Below, piece by piece: positions 9,860-20,860 of a stretch of 27,435 bases of DNA (positions within the stretch are counted from its first letter, which is position 1; every line of letters begins with the position of its first letter). Position numbers and translations under genes: made by a program. The stretch is from Moniliella sp. 'wahieum' (lineage: Eukaryota), in contig RSEE01000107.1 of NCBI GenBank assembly GCA_003971905.1, positions 186,001-213,435 of the forward strand, given 5' to 3'. The notes beneath the pieces were generated by a model. It made no database searches and was not told the DNA's origin. It was given only the letters and a program-made list of their open reading frames with translations.

Positions 9860-11667
9860 TTAAGCTCGTTGTAGTATGCAAATGCTCTCGGCATGGCTGT
9901 ATTAGACTGGTTAGTCGAATTCATCGATTGTGGAAGAGGAGGGACGTACCGGGTCTGCGGGAACAAGTCAGCTGCACGCAGGGAAAAGAAGGTGTAGCTG
10001 GGTCGTGGCTGAGGAGGTAGCCAACGTCCCGAGCTTGGGCATGAATGCTGGACGACACATAGATGACCAGTCTGGGGCGTAGCTTGAGCAGCCCTTCGAG
10101 GAAATCGTCATCGCACCCACGCCATGGGGGGGTAATCACTACCGTCGTCGAGTCGGGCTTAAAACTGTCGATGCGGGGCGAATAGAAAATCTCCTGAGCC
10201 GGGCCCACGTGGAAACTCACTTCGCCCAAGTCGTTAGCCATTGCGCTATGCACTGCGCATTTGACGGCTCTGGGCGAAAATTCTACCCCCACCACTTGCT
10301 TGAACATGGAGGCTAACGACAATGCAAACAGTCCCGAGCCACAGTAAGCGTCAATCAGGTACTGTGGCTGGGCTCGCTGGTCCGCAGGAAGAGTGGAACG
10401 CCAACGCACAATCTCGTGGCGTAGGTACTCGACAAAGGGGAGCAACATGGAACGATTGGCCGGGAAAGAGTCATAGGCTGGGCCATGGACCCAGATGCTT
10501 CCGACTTTCTCGTACGTGATATCATTCTTCAAGTCGGTCAGCACTTGGGACCCAATCGGTTCTTCTTGCGAAAGCGATTTGAATCTTGGGGGGTCAACGA
10601 ATCGCGAAGTATTAACGGCTTTCCGGTGAGACGGAGATGGACAGTTTGCCGAGCCTCTTCGCGTACGATTGCCAAACGGTTGTTGATCGCGTCAGTGGCA
10701 ACAGGACAAGCATCGATATCCAATAGTTGGCCGTCATCCCCATTGAATCCAATGGGGCAGGGGTCAGGATCGGGTGGGGGGATCACAGGTTTCGATAGGT
10801 CCAAAGGTGTGGGTCAACTTGGCATGGAGTTTTTCCTCTTTCTGCCACTCCGCACCACGGCAGGAACGACAAAGTGAACCTCCAGTTTGGTGCGATAGCC
10901 ATATTGCTTTGGAGAAGGTAGCGTTTCGGCCGCGGGCGGGACAAGCGCAGGGTTCAACCCACTATAATTAGCGAATGCCGTGTCGACAGCATGGCGTTTC
11001 AGTTCGAGTTGTTGTGGATAGGACAGCATCTGGTACTGACATCCACCGCAGGAGTGAAAGACCTCACAAGGAGGTGTCTGGGTCCGCATCTTGGATGGTA
11101 CCAAGATTTGCTCGATGATAGCCACAGAGTGCATCTCCAAATTAAAGGCGACCCGCACCATACCTCGTCCTCGGGCAACGATTTAGGAACTAGGATGGCC
11201 CAATCATCATGCCCCGGATCGCGCGCCAAGCCCATGCCGATGGTGGTGATTCTTTCGACTTTTACCCGAAGGATACTTCCGATGGGGTACACAAACTCAG
11301 TAGTTGTGCCCTTGGCCTTGCGTCGTTCCACCGCCTCTGGCCCCAAAAACTGATGCACCTCCAATACGCTTGGGTCCACACCAAAGGCCTTGGCCCTCTT
11401 AACCGAGGCCTGTAATGCGGGTCGGCTACTAGGTTCCGGAGGAGTCAAAGGGGGCAAAGGGATGTCTTTGCGAGGAGTACCTGTGGGAACACCCACAAGT
11501 TGCATGGCGTCCAGACGATGCCCAGAGAAGGGCGAGTGGGTTTGGCGGCCCGGTTGGCGCCGGAGCACACGGGAGGCTAATTTGCTCTTATCGGGGAGCG
11601 GATGCGCTGAAGAAAGGGATGAGGAGGAAGAGGAGGAGGAGGGAAGGAGGAAGATGATGACGAGCAT
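9860..11667 (-). CDS. TRM2: Trm2/TrmA/RumA-family RNA m5U methyltransferase homolog with degenerate catalytic motifs; frameshifted
   Basis: TRAM-like VKVERITTIGMGLAR..VPKSLP, CEVFHSCGGCQYQ, YGYRTKL, PIGF, LDIDACPVAT, LIDAYCGSGLFAL, VGVE, HAQARDVG, DLFPQT|RHAES. Intron 9897-9949. TAA 9860-9862. Start uncertain (11505, 11667 or about 11875). Confidence 0.88.
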
Positions 11668-12344
11668 AATGCGCGGGCTTGACCCACCATGGGACTGGAA
11701 GGGCAGCCAATGCGCGACCGCTCGTCATTCCCAAAGATGTTGGCGTGGAGAACAGCGAAGAGGCTCCACTCCACTCCAGACAGGAAAAGGGTCTAACTCC
11801 GCCCCTGAGCGGAATCACTATTTATCCCACGTTGGTCGTGGAGGAGGCTCAGCCTGAGCCTCAGCCAGAGAGCATTAGCGTATTTTTTGGTGCACGTTTT
11901 TTGTAACACCCATGTGGATCCGCTAACAACCTACTTGGCGGCGTTCACGGGGGGGGGTTGGCGGAACCGCACGCGATGACGTCTCAGTCTGTGGCGAAAG
12001 TGGTATGAGTAGTAGGGCCGCCGAACCAGGGGAGCTAGGTTTCTTTCTCGGCATCTGGTTCATCCACCTGCAACGAAGCTGGCGGGGCGTTGGTGTCATC
12101 ACGGACTACCATTGGGCACATCGACGTCGTAAGGGATAACTTCATTGCCTTGTGGCTTCCAATCCTGAAAAGGGTTACACCCAGTCATACACTCTTCCCT
12201 CCATGTACACGGGGTGGATAAGGATAGCTGCAGTGAGATTACCCGTCTATTCGCTCAGCTTCCGATGCTGCCCACTTTAGACCATTTTAAACACCTGGTA
12301 GAAGGGCAGGAACAATTCATTCACTCATTGCCGGCTTACGGTTG

Positions 12345-14048
12345 TCACTGGGACGGAGGAAGAGGCGGGAAACCGGCGGCCGACTGGGTGCGTTGAATCG
12401 CATCACGAATCGCTTCATTGACCGAGGCGGCGGCTTGGATACCCAATGCATGGCCTCCATTCTCAACCCAAACAGGGGTGGCATGGCGCATGACCGAAAG
12501 GAGGTGGCGAGAGTTGTTTGCGTTGACCATATGGTCCCAAGTCCCGCTGATGACCGTTAGCCGCGAAACGCCGCCGGACGACAACGACTCGTCAATAGCT
12601 TGAAGGACCGAGGTCTTGACCTGGTGAGTCTGCGTCGATGAGATTGCCGCAATAGCCGCTACAGCATCAGGGCTTGGCTGAAGCCGAGCCATCACGGCGG
12701 CCCGCCAGAGCGACACAGCATTCCAGTATGTCCAATTGGAAGTACTCTCCTCTCCTTCGGGGCCGTGCCAAAGATCTTCCTCTCTCACACCCTTTTGACG
12801 GAGCACCTTATTGTTTGCGATTAGTGTTTCAGAGGGAGTACGGTTTAACCACTCGGGCGGGTACAGCACCTTGTTTGCGCGCTCTACCCGACTCATGGGC
12901 GTGTCACGTCCCAAAATTGACTGGACGATCGAAATGGCCACCATCGCAACCCCCTTAAGAGGAGGCAATCCGGTAGTAAGCTTCTTCACTGCATGGCTGG
13001 GATCCACAACAGCAGGCAAAAGTTCAACTGCTTGCACATCTGCCGCATATAGCGCGTGGCCCGAAGTCGTAGAGATCAGGCATGCGGACGCTGCGACTGT
13101 TGATTCTCCCTGTACCAGGGTAATCCGGAGCAGTTCCAAGAGGATCATGCCCCCCATGGAGACTCCGGCGAAATGGACCTTTTGGGAGGCGGGGGAAAAG
13201 CTGAAAGATTCGCTGGCAGGGGCAGGAGGGAGCCAGCCAACCTCCTTCGAAGAAAGTAGCAGCAGCACGTCTTGCGCCATGAGGGTCGTCCTAGACCATG
13301 TCAGTCTGATGCAAAGTAAAAAGGAATATGGAGAAAACATACGTATACCGCCCTCCTGGAGCCTCGGAATTGCCCCAGCCACGGTTGTCAAAGACGAGGA
13401 CCGAGTACGTTTCTGGATAGCGCATGAAAAACTCGACTGAGGATGTCTGTCAGATACGATGCATGAGGTCTCAAGGGGAAAGATAACGCACTCTGAGGAA
13501 GCCATGCCACATGGCTTATATTCATTCCCATAATAAGGCAGATGTGCACGGGTCCATGGCCATGAATCTCATAGTAAAAGCCCACCGTCTCGCCCGTATT
13601 GATCTGTTTCGCCCCCCACAAAAAGGAGGACCAAGGCGTGATGTAAAGCGGGATGCGTGCAACCCCACGGGCGGTCCGGGTTGCCGGATTCAACAGCGAA
13701 GGAAGCACGGTCCACTCGCCTTTGCCACCGGCAGGCGTGGGGGGCAGCTCCTGGGCCCCCTCAGGGCGAGGCAGGGGCAGACCCATGACCGGAGCCGTGA
13801 ATGACGATTGGCGCAGGACAGGCTGGCTGTCCCACATGTCACGGAGGATATCGTCGTAGCTGGCGCCTAGGTAGGCTGCGCCAGGCGGCGTCGGCCCGTT
13901 GAGCACGTCCGTCGTCCAGTCGGCCATAGTGAGGAGGATGGGTGGTGGTACGAAACGGCGTTGTGTGAAAGCGCCAGGACTCCGAAACGCTGAAGATTGA
14001 ATGATCGATGGTCAATGGTCGGGGGTCGGTGATATCTTCCGGTGCCAT
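12345..14048 (-). CDS. Alpha/beta hydrolase (Abhydrolase_1-like) with N-terminal extension
   Basis: YYEIHGHGP..IMGMN..W, VLVFDNRGWGNS, nucleophile GVSMGG, acid GTWD, His GGHAL. Introns 13437-13491 and 13291-13342 restore WLPQ|IEFF and GRYT|TTLMAQD. TGA 12345-12347. Start 14048 is inferred across a frameshift. Confidence 0.88.
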
Positions 14049-14412
14049 TGTGACATGTGATAGCTGGCTGCAGCTGCGCTTTGATACTGAACCAACTGCT
14101 ACGATCTTGTCTCTCGTCGGCGTTCCCCGTTCTCCGCCCTCAGGCATGCTCGGCATTCCCTGGCTTTCCCCGCTCTCTCAACATGGTTGAGATGGTGGAG
14201 ATATCGGAGCTGCGAGGGTGGCCACACTGCATAACGTCCAACAGACTCAACGTTGAGTTCAACGTCTTCCCACATGGGAACCGATGTGCAAGGGTACACC
14301 TACGGTGGAAGCTGTTGGGTGTTGGGCGATGCCCCAATCACGCCATCCTGCGTGATAGTCATCACCCCTCTTATCCGCCCGGAAGCTTCCTCAGCTCCGC
14401 GATACTCTCGTC

Positions 14413-14420
14413 TATATAAG
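14413..14420 (+). promoter_or_regulatory. TATA-box-like element (TATATAAG)
   Basis: Exact TATATAAG followed by a pyrimidine-rich tract. No annotated + strand gene lies downstream. Confidence 0.35.
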
Positions 14421-14525
14421 GCCCTACCCTTCTCATAGCCTCCTGTACCTCTCCTCAGAACCACATCCTCCATTCCACTCCTCCTTCAGCATTGGGCAGT
14501 ATAATTACCGCACGTCTTCTGGGTC

Positions 14526-14674
14526 GCGCTGCTTGCATGTCCGCGCTGGCTGCCATGCAGCAGCGCTCAGGCCGAGCCCGATACTCCTACTCCATATTAT
14601 ACCACCTGCAGAGCTGCGGACTCGGGAGTTGCGCGCTACTGTACTAGTAGCAGCACTCCCGAGTCCGCTCTGCA
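14526..14674. repeat. Two adjacent long inverted repeats (hairpins)
   Basis: GCGCTGCTTGCATG (14526-14539) pairs with CATGCAGCAGCGC (14554-14566). TGCAGA-GCGGACTCGGGAG-TGC-GCTACT pairs with AGTAGC-GCA-CTCCCGAGTCCGC-TCTGCA (14607-14674). Confidence 0.85.
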
Positions 14675-14835
14675 AAACTAAGCTAACCGTAACCGTTTGT
14701 TCTCCGCGCTGGAAACTATCCATATGCTGGGCTACACAGCGCAAGTACAAGAAACGTGCATTGAGGTGGGAATGGGTGAGGATGCCATCAAGACCAGACG
14801 TGTGTATCCCTCTAGTCAGGCGTCCGGCACAAGTT

Positions 14836-16131
<1,296 letters not shown>

Positions 16132-16385
16132 AACGTACAATGGGGACAGGGGTGGTAAGGGCGGTGGGCGGGGTAGGAAGGGCGGAGGACGGCCAGAGTC
16201 AATCGAAATGGGCGTCATTTTTTTCGCCCAACGGGACTCTAATAGCGTAGCAGCGTAGTTTATTAGTTACCTCAGCTGCTGCCTCCTCGTGGCCATTCCG
16301 CCCGCACGGCTTCCGCCCCTGCGCCGCACCAGGCCAACGGCAGCAGCACAGCGGACAGGCCGCCTGGCTTCGCTTGGGCGCACCA

Positions 16386-17717
16386 ATGGCCGAGTGGGAC
16401 GCTGCCCCAGCCGAGCCCGGTAGCCGCCACACCTACCCTCCCGCCACCCCCGCCCGTCCGCGCCCAAGGCCCCCTCGGCTGGAGCGCATAATCATGGCTG
16501 CCGTGCGCCTCCTGGGCCTGCTAGCCTGGATTGTGCCCCTCAACCTCCTCCCCCGTCTCTCGTTCCTCCTCCCCGGCACATTACAGGATGTTGCCACGCC
16601 GGACGATGCTGCCTCGGAGTACCGCCATCACCTCGAACAGTTCTGCCGCGCTTACAACCCCTCCGACCACATTGACTCCCAGCCCTCGTCGTCGGCGTCT
16701 CTGGAAGAAGAGGGGCTCCTCCGGGCCCCGCGTCTTGCTCCGAGGAACGTACGACGAGGCCATTAGTCGCGCCAAGCACGATGCCAAGATCCTTATGGTT
16801 GTGCTTGAGTCTGAAGTGCATCAACACACACCCCGCTTCCGCACTGAGACGCTTCTGAACCCCCACCTAGACAGGCTGCTGGCTCAAGACGACATCTTGC
16901 TATGGGCCGCGGATGTAGGCGGACGTGATGGAGCCCAAGGTACGTGTGATCAGCCGCGAAGATAAATGCTCTGACATGCATATTTTTCTAGTCTCTCAAC
17001 TTCTTCAGGCTACAATGTACCCTTTTGTCGCCTTCATTTCCACCCAACCCAAGCCCAGTCCCACCTCGGGTGTACGAACGCACGGCTGTCCTCTCGGCAC
17101 GAAGGGCTGGCCGGGGTGGGGCTTGCAACCCTTTCGGAGCATATCCGCACCGTCCTTGTTCCCAGGGTCGGGGGCTATTTATCTCGCCTTCAACGAGAGC
17201 AAGCCTGCGCCAAAATCGGCGCTTCCCTCCTCGCGGACAGCCTTCTGAGCGAGCACCCCAGTATGACTCTAGCAAGAAGGCGTACCTTGCCTGGCGGCGC
17301 TGGGCGCTATCCCAGAAGGACGATGCAAGGCTACCCAAAGAGGTCGATCGAAGCGATGCTGATACGATCACATTTGTGGTGCGCTACGCCTCGGGACACA
17401 GTAGCGTGATCTACCTCCCACAATCTGCCCCAGTCGAAGCACTATTTGCTGCTGTTGAACTGGACGCTCTGCCAACTTTTGCTGTGGGCGAGCCTGTGGA
17501 AGTTGGAGAAGAGAACCCCCCCTGGCCGAAGTACAACTTTCTGTTCACTTTAACCAGTAGTCATCCCTCCCGCACCTTTACTCCTGACGAGGAGACGCTA
17601 AGCCAGCTTATCGGTACATCGGGCCTGTTAGTACAGGACGATGATGCGTCCAGTCACAATCGCGCCACCTTACTGGTGGAAGGCGCTCCGGGTTGGCACG
17701 TCGCATCGTACCCATGA
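16386..17717 (+). CDS. UAS (thioredoxin-like) plus UBX domain protein of the Ubx2/FAF2 type, with a hydrophobic hairpin segment; frameshifted
   Basis: Hydrophobic AAVRLLGLLAWIVPLNLL. GTYDEAISRAKHDAKILMVVLES..H, LLWAADV, SQLLQATMYPFVAFI (UAS). WRRW. UBX-like TITFVVRYASG...LFAAVE...FTLTSSHPSRTF...ATLLVE. Intron 16940-16991. TGA 17715-17717. Confidence 0.8.
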
Positions 17718-18189
17718 CAATCGCATTAGTAGTTACATGTTACCCATGATTCTGAACGATATGAGTGCTGCTGAAAGGGGGAATTACAATCAATGCAAAG
17801 CGGACAATTATCAGGACGGGTTCATTTGGCGATCCCAGAGCCGTAATCGAGATAGAGATGATGACGGGTACGCAAAAATGTGCCTCTTGGCCGAATCGAA
17901 CGACCGATCTTCTCATGTCCCAGTATTTCTACTAGTGAGATGCTTTACCACTGAGCCAAAGAGGCTTGATGCTTGGTGCCATTCATGATGAAAATGCATA
18001 ACACCTTACATAAACTTTCAAACCCCCCAGTGAGGCTGCATTTGCGCTGCGGCAGTGCCAAATATTTATTGCGCCATCGTAACCCTATCCTAGCTTTTGC
18101 GACGACCGCTCCTGGCCCCCTTCTCCCGACAGCCGAGTCGTGGGAAGATAGCCTTGCCTCCCTGTCGTTGCCTCCCAACAGTCGTCAAT

Positions 18190-18785
18190 ATGTCCCTTGT
18201 GCCTATGGATGCGTCCCAGAGCTTTGCGCACATTCTGCGCTTGCTCAACACCAACGTGGACGGCAGGGTCAAGATCATGTACGCTCTGACCCAAATTAAG
18301 GGTGTGGGTCGTCGCTTTGCCAACATGGTATGCAAGAAGGCCGACATTGATCTCAACAAGCGGTATGTGGTTACACCTTCTGCCCCTACTCATTCCCCTG
18401 GACGTAGCAGGCGATGTATTTTTCCGCCTCCTCCGTTCCCGCCTCCCGAGTCCCTACCTCAGTTGTTGTGAACATGGGCCTTTTGACTCTCAGTGCTGGT
18501 GAGCTCAATTCCGACGAGCTGGAGCGTGTGGTCAACATCCTCCAGAACCCGCAGGAGTTCAAGATTCCTGACTGGTTCCTCAACCGGCAACGGGACGTAA
18601 CGACGGGCAAGTCGTCTCAGCTTGTGTCGAACAACATTGACTCGGCGCTGCGCGAGGACATTGAGCGTCTGAAGAAGATTCGTGCTCACCGTGGTATTCG
18701 CCACTACCTCCAGCTCCGTGTGCGCGGGCAACACACCAAGACGACCGGTCGTCGTGGTCGCGCCATTGCTGGCAAGAAAAAGTAA
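18190..18785 (+). CDS. RPS18: 40S ribosomal protein S18 (uS13), 2 exons, 154 aa, intact
   Basis: Exons 18190-18362 and 18494-18785. Intron 18363-18493 (GTATGT..CAG) joins [59 protein letters not shown]. Confidence 0.98.
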
Positions 18786-19259
18786 CTTTCCTTACTTTCT
18801 TACGCTTCAACGGGCTTCTGCTGTATTATTCGCATTTCCCTCGTCGAGTCACGGCTTGGTTTGGCCCTCCTATCTCGCCCACGCTGCTACGCCCATCTCC
18901 GATACTCCCGACCTCTGTACCCTCACACTGCAAAATGGCACATACCTCGAGAGCCCTGAGCCTGTGTCCCCTATAGATGGCTGAGCCTCAGCCCTGACCA
19001 TTGTTTTATGGCTACGGCACTCTTGGGTCATCGGTCATCCTGCATTGGGCTGAGTTCATCGAGTTCATCTCAAATCAGTGCTCATACCGCACCATTGGAA
19101 GGGGACGTAATCTTCCCTTGCGTTGCACCCCCACCGGCCTTTTTTCGCCACCAACATCAAAGTCTCTACTTTTTGCAAATGGGATACTGTAACGGATTTG
19201 TATACTGTCGAAGTAATAGCGACGAAGAAACTAAAATAGTTGATGCTACGTTACAACGA

Positions 19260-20216
19260 TTATCCTTCTGGCGGTAGACTCTAAAGTCGATACCCAGCTC
19301 CATCCTAGCTGCATCAACTGCATCAACGTCATCAAAGTCAGTGTAGATGAGTCGCACACAGGGAAGATCGAGATCTTGTGTCGCGCGTCAGCGCGTCAGC
19401 ATCGACCGTCATCGAAATGGTACTGTCACGCTGAGTCTCAGCGCTGGCGCAGGGACGCATCCACCACGCCAACTCTTTTATATACACGAGTTGAAAATGT
19501 GCCGAAATAGCCCCCCTTCCCCTCTTTTATCGATTATCGGATTATCGCTCTGCCACCATCGGCGGCATAACCAAACGGCCCACATACACCTCTGTTGGAG
19601 GAACCTCCGATAACTATCTCCAACAATCCATATTCGATACCCTGGTACAACCGGCGACATTCTCTAACTATGGTACACGTGTGCAGTGGCGAACCACCTG
19701 ATCCGGGGGTTTCGCTCCCAGCGCTATACCCTCGCATTGGCTCCGAAAATGGGTGGGGGTTAAAAACATGTATAGCGCCGTACCCAAGAGGGTAGGCCGC
19801 ACCCATTCGCAGACGACCTCAGTCAGTTGGATCTCTCACGCAACGGTCCATTGGTCACTCGAAATACCCGTACGGTAGGCGACCGTTCACCGTGAACGTT
19901 AAACGTTGAACTTCGAGCTTCAACGTTGAACGAGAGGAACACAAATGATAAATGCACAGGCCGGGGCAGCTGGGCAAGCTGGGGCCTCAGCCTGAGGCAG
20001 CAGAGGGGCTGTGGAGTCGAGAAGGGTCTCCGCGGTGACGGGCGCAACGACTTACTCTAAGGAGAGTCCCCCTGAGCTGGGGTCGTGCTGATAAAGTGCC
20101 GATAATGTGTTCTTTTCAGCCGATTTGCCGACAGCTGCTCGCTCCCCTCTCAGTAGGCTTATCTGGGCTTAGCGTTACAGCGCTGACACACGCGCCCTGG
20201 GGATGATACTGGATAA
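19260..20216. promoter_or_regulatory. Cluster of GATA-factor (AreA/Nit2-type) sites upstream of the amino-acid transporter
   Basis: GATAA/TTATC at 19260, 19527, 19534, 19542, 19609, 19947, 20090, 20101, 20159 and 20212. Confidence 0.5.
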
Positions 20217-20860
20217 TACTCCGCAGTTACACCGCGAGAGCGAGAAGGAACCAAATCGTCTTTGTCGCACTGGATCGTTGTTTGTAACGCGGTGTAGGTC
20301 GGCGGTGCCGCTGGCGCTGTGGCGCTGATGCAGCGGATGGTACCCACAGAAGAGAGACTCAGTGGCCCACACAAAATCCTGCTGAAAAGGCTCAGCGCGC
20401 TCGGCCAAGGTCTATAGGGGGTCTCTCCCTGAGCGCCTGAGAGCCCTGAGGCCGGCGGTGACTAGTGACTAGTGACTTGGTTGCTATCCGCACTGTACAG
20501 GGGGCTACAACGGAAGGATGCATGTCCAACCGCCCTGATTCTGTAGCCGACGTAATTTCGTCGCTCTGTTGCAACAAAACCGATGCTGCTGTGTGGCTAC
20601 CGAGACACGTGAGATACAGGGGAGGAGTCAAGCTATCAAGGGCTACCATACCTGCTTCTTTGAATGACATGTGACACTGCCGCAGGACTAATCATACACT
20701 ACATACGCCCAGTTTATGGGGGCTGGGGGCAATATAACCCCCACGGCCTGTGGCGACACAATGGGGATGGAGGTACTTCCCGCCGAATTGAGCTGCACTA
20801 TCCATCCGCACCCACCCACCCACCACTTGCTCTTTTTCACCATCAAATCACTGCAGCCTC

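Noticed and set aside
14519..14690. Firm H/ACA snoRNA call for the twin hairpins
   Set aside because: An ANANNA is present in the linker, but the stems lack pseudouridylation pockets and no ACA follows the second hairpin. Kept only as an unclassified structure.
18363..18493. Intronic snoRNA in the RPS18 intron
   Set aside because: The intron is longer than its neighbours, but no proper C/D or H/ACA box arrangement is visible.
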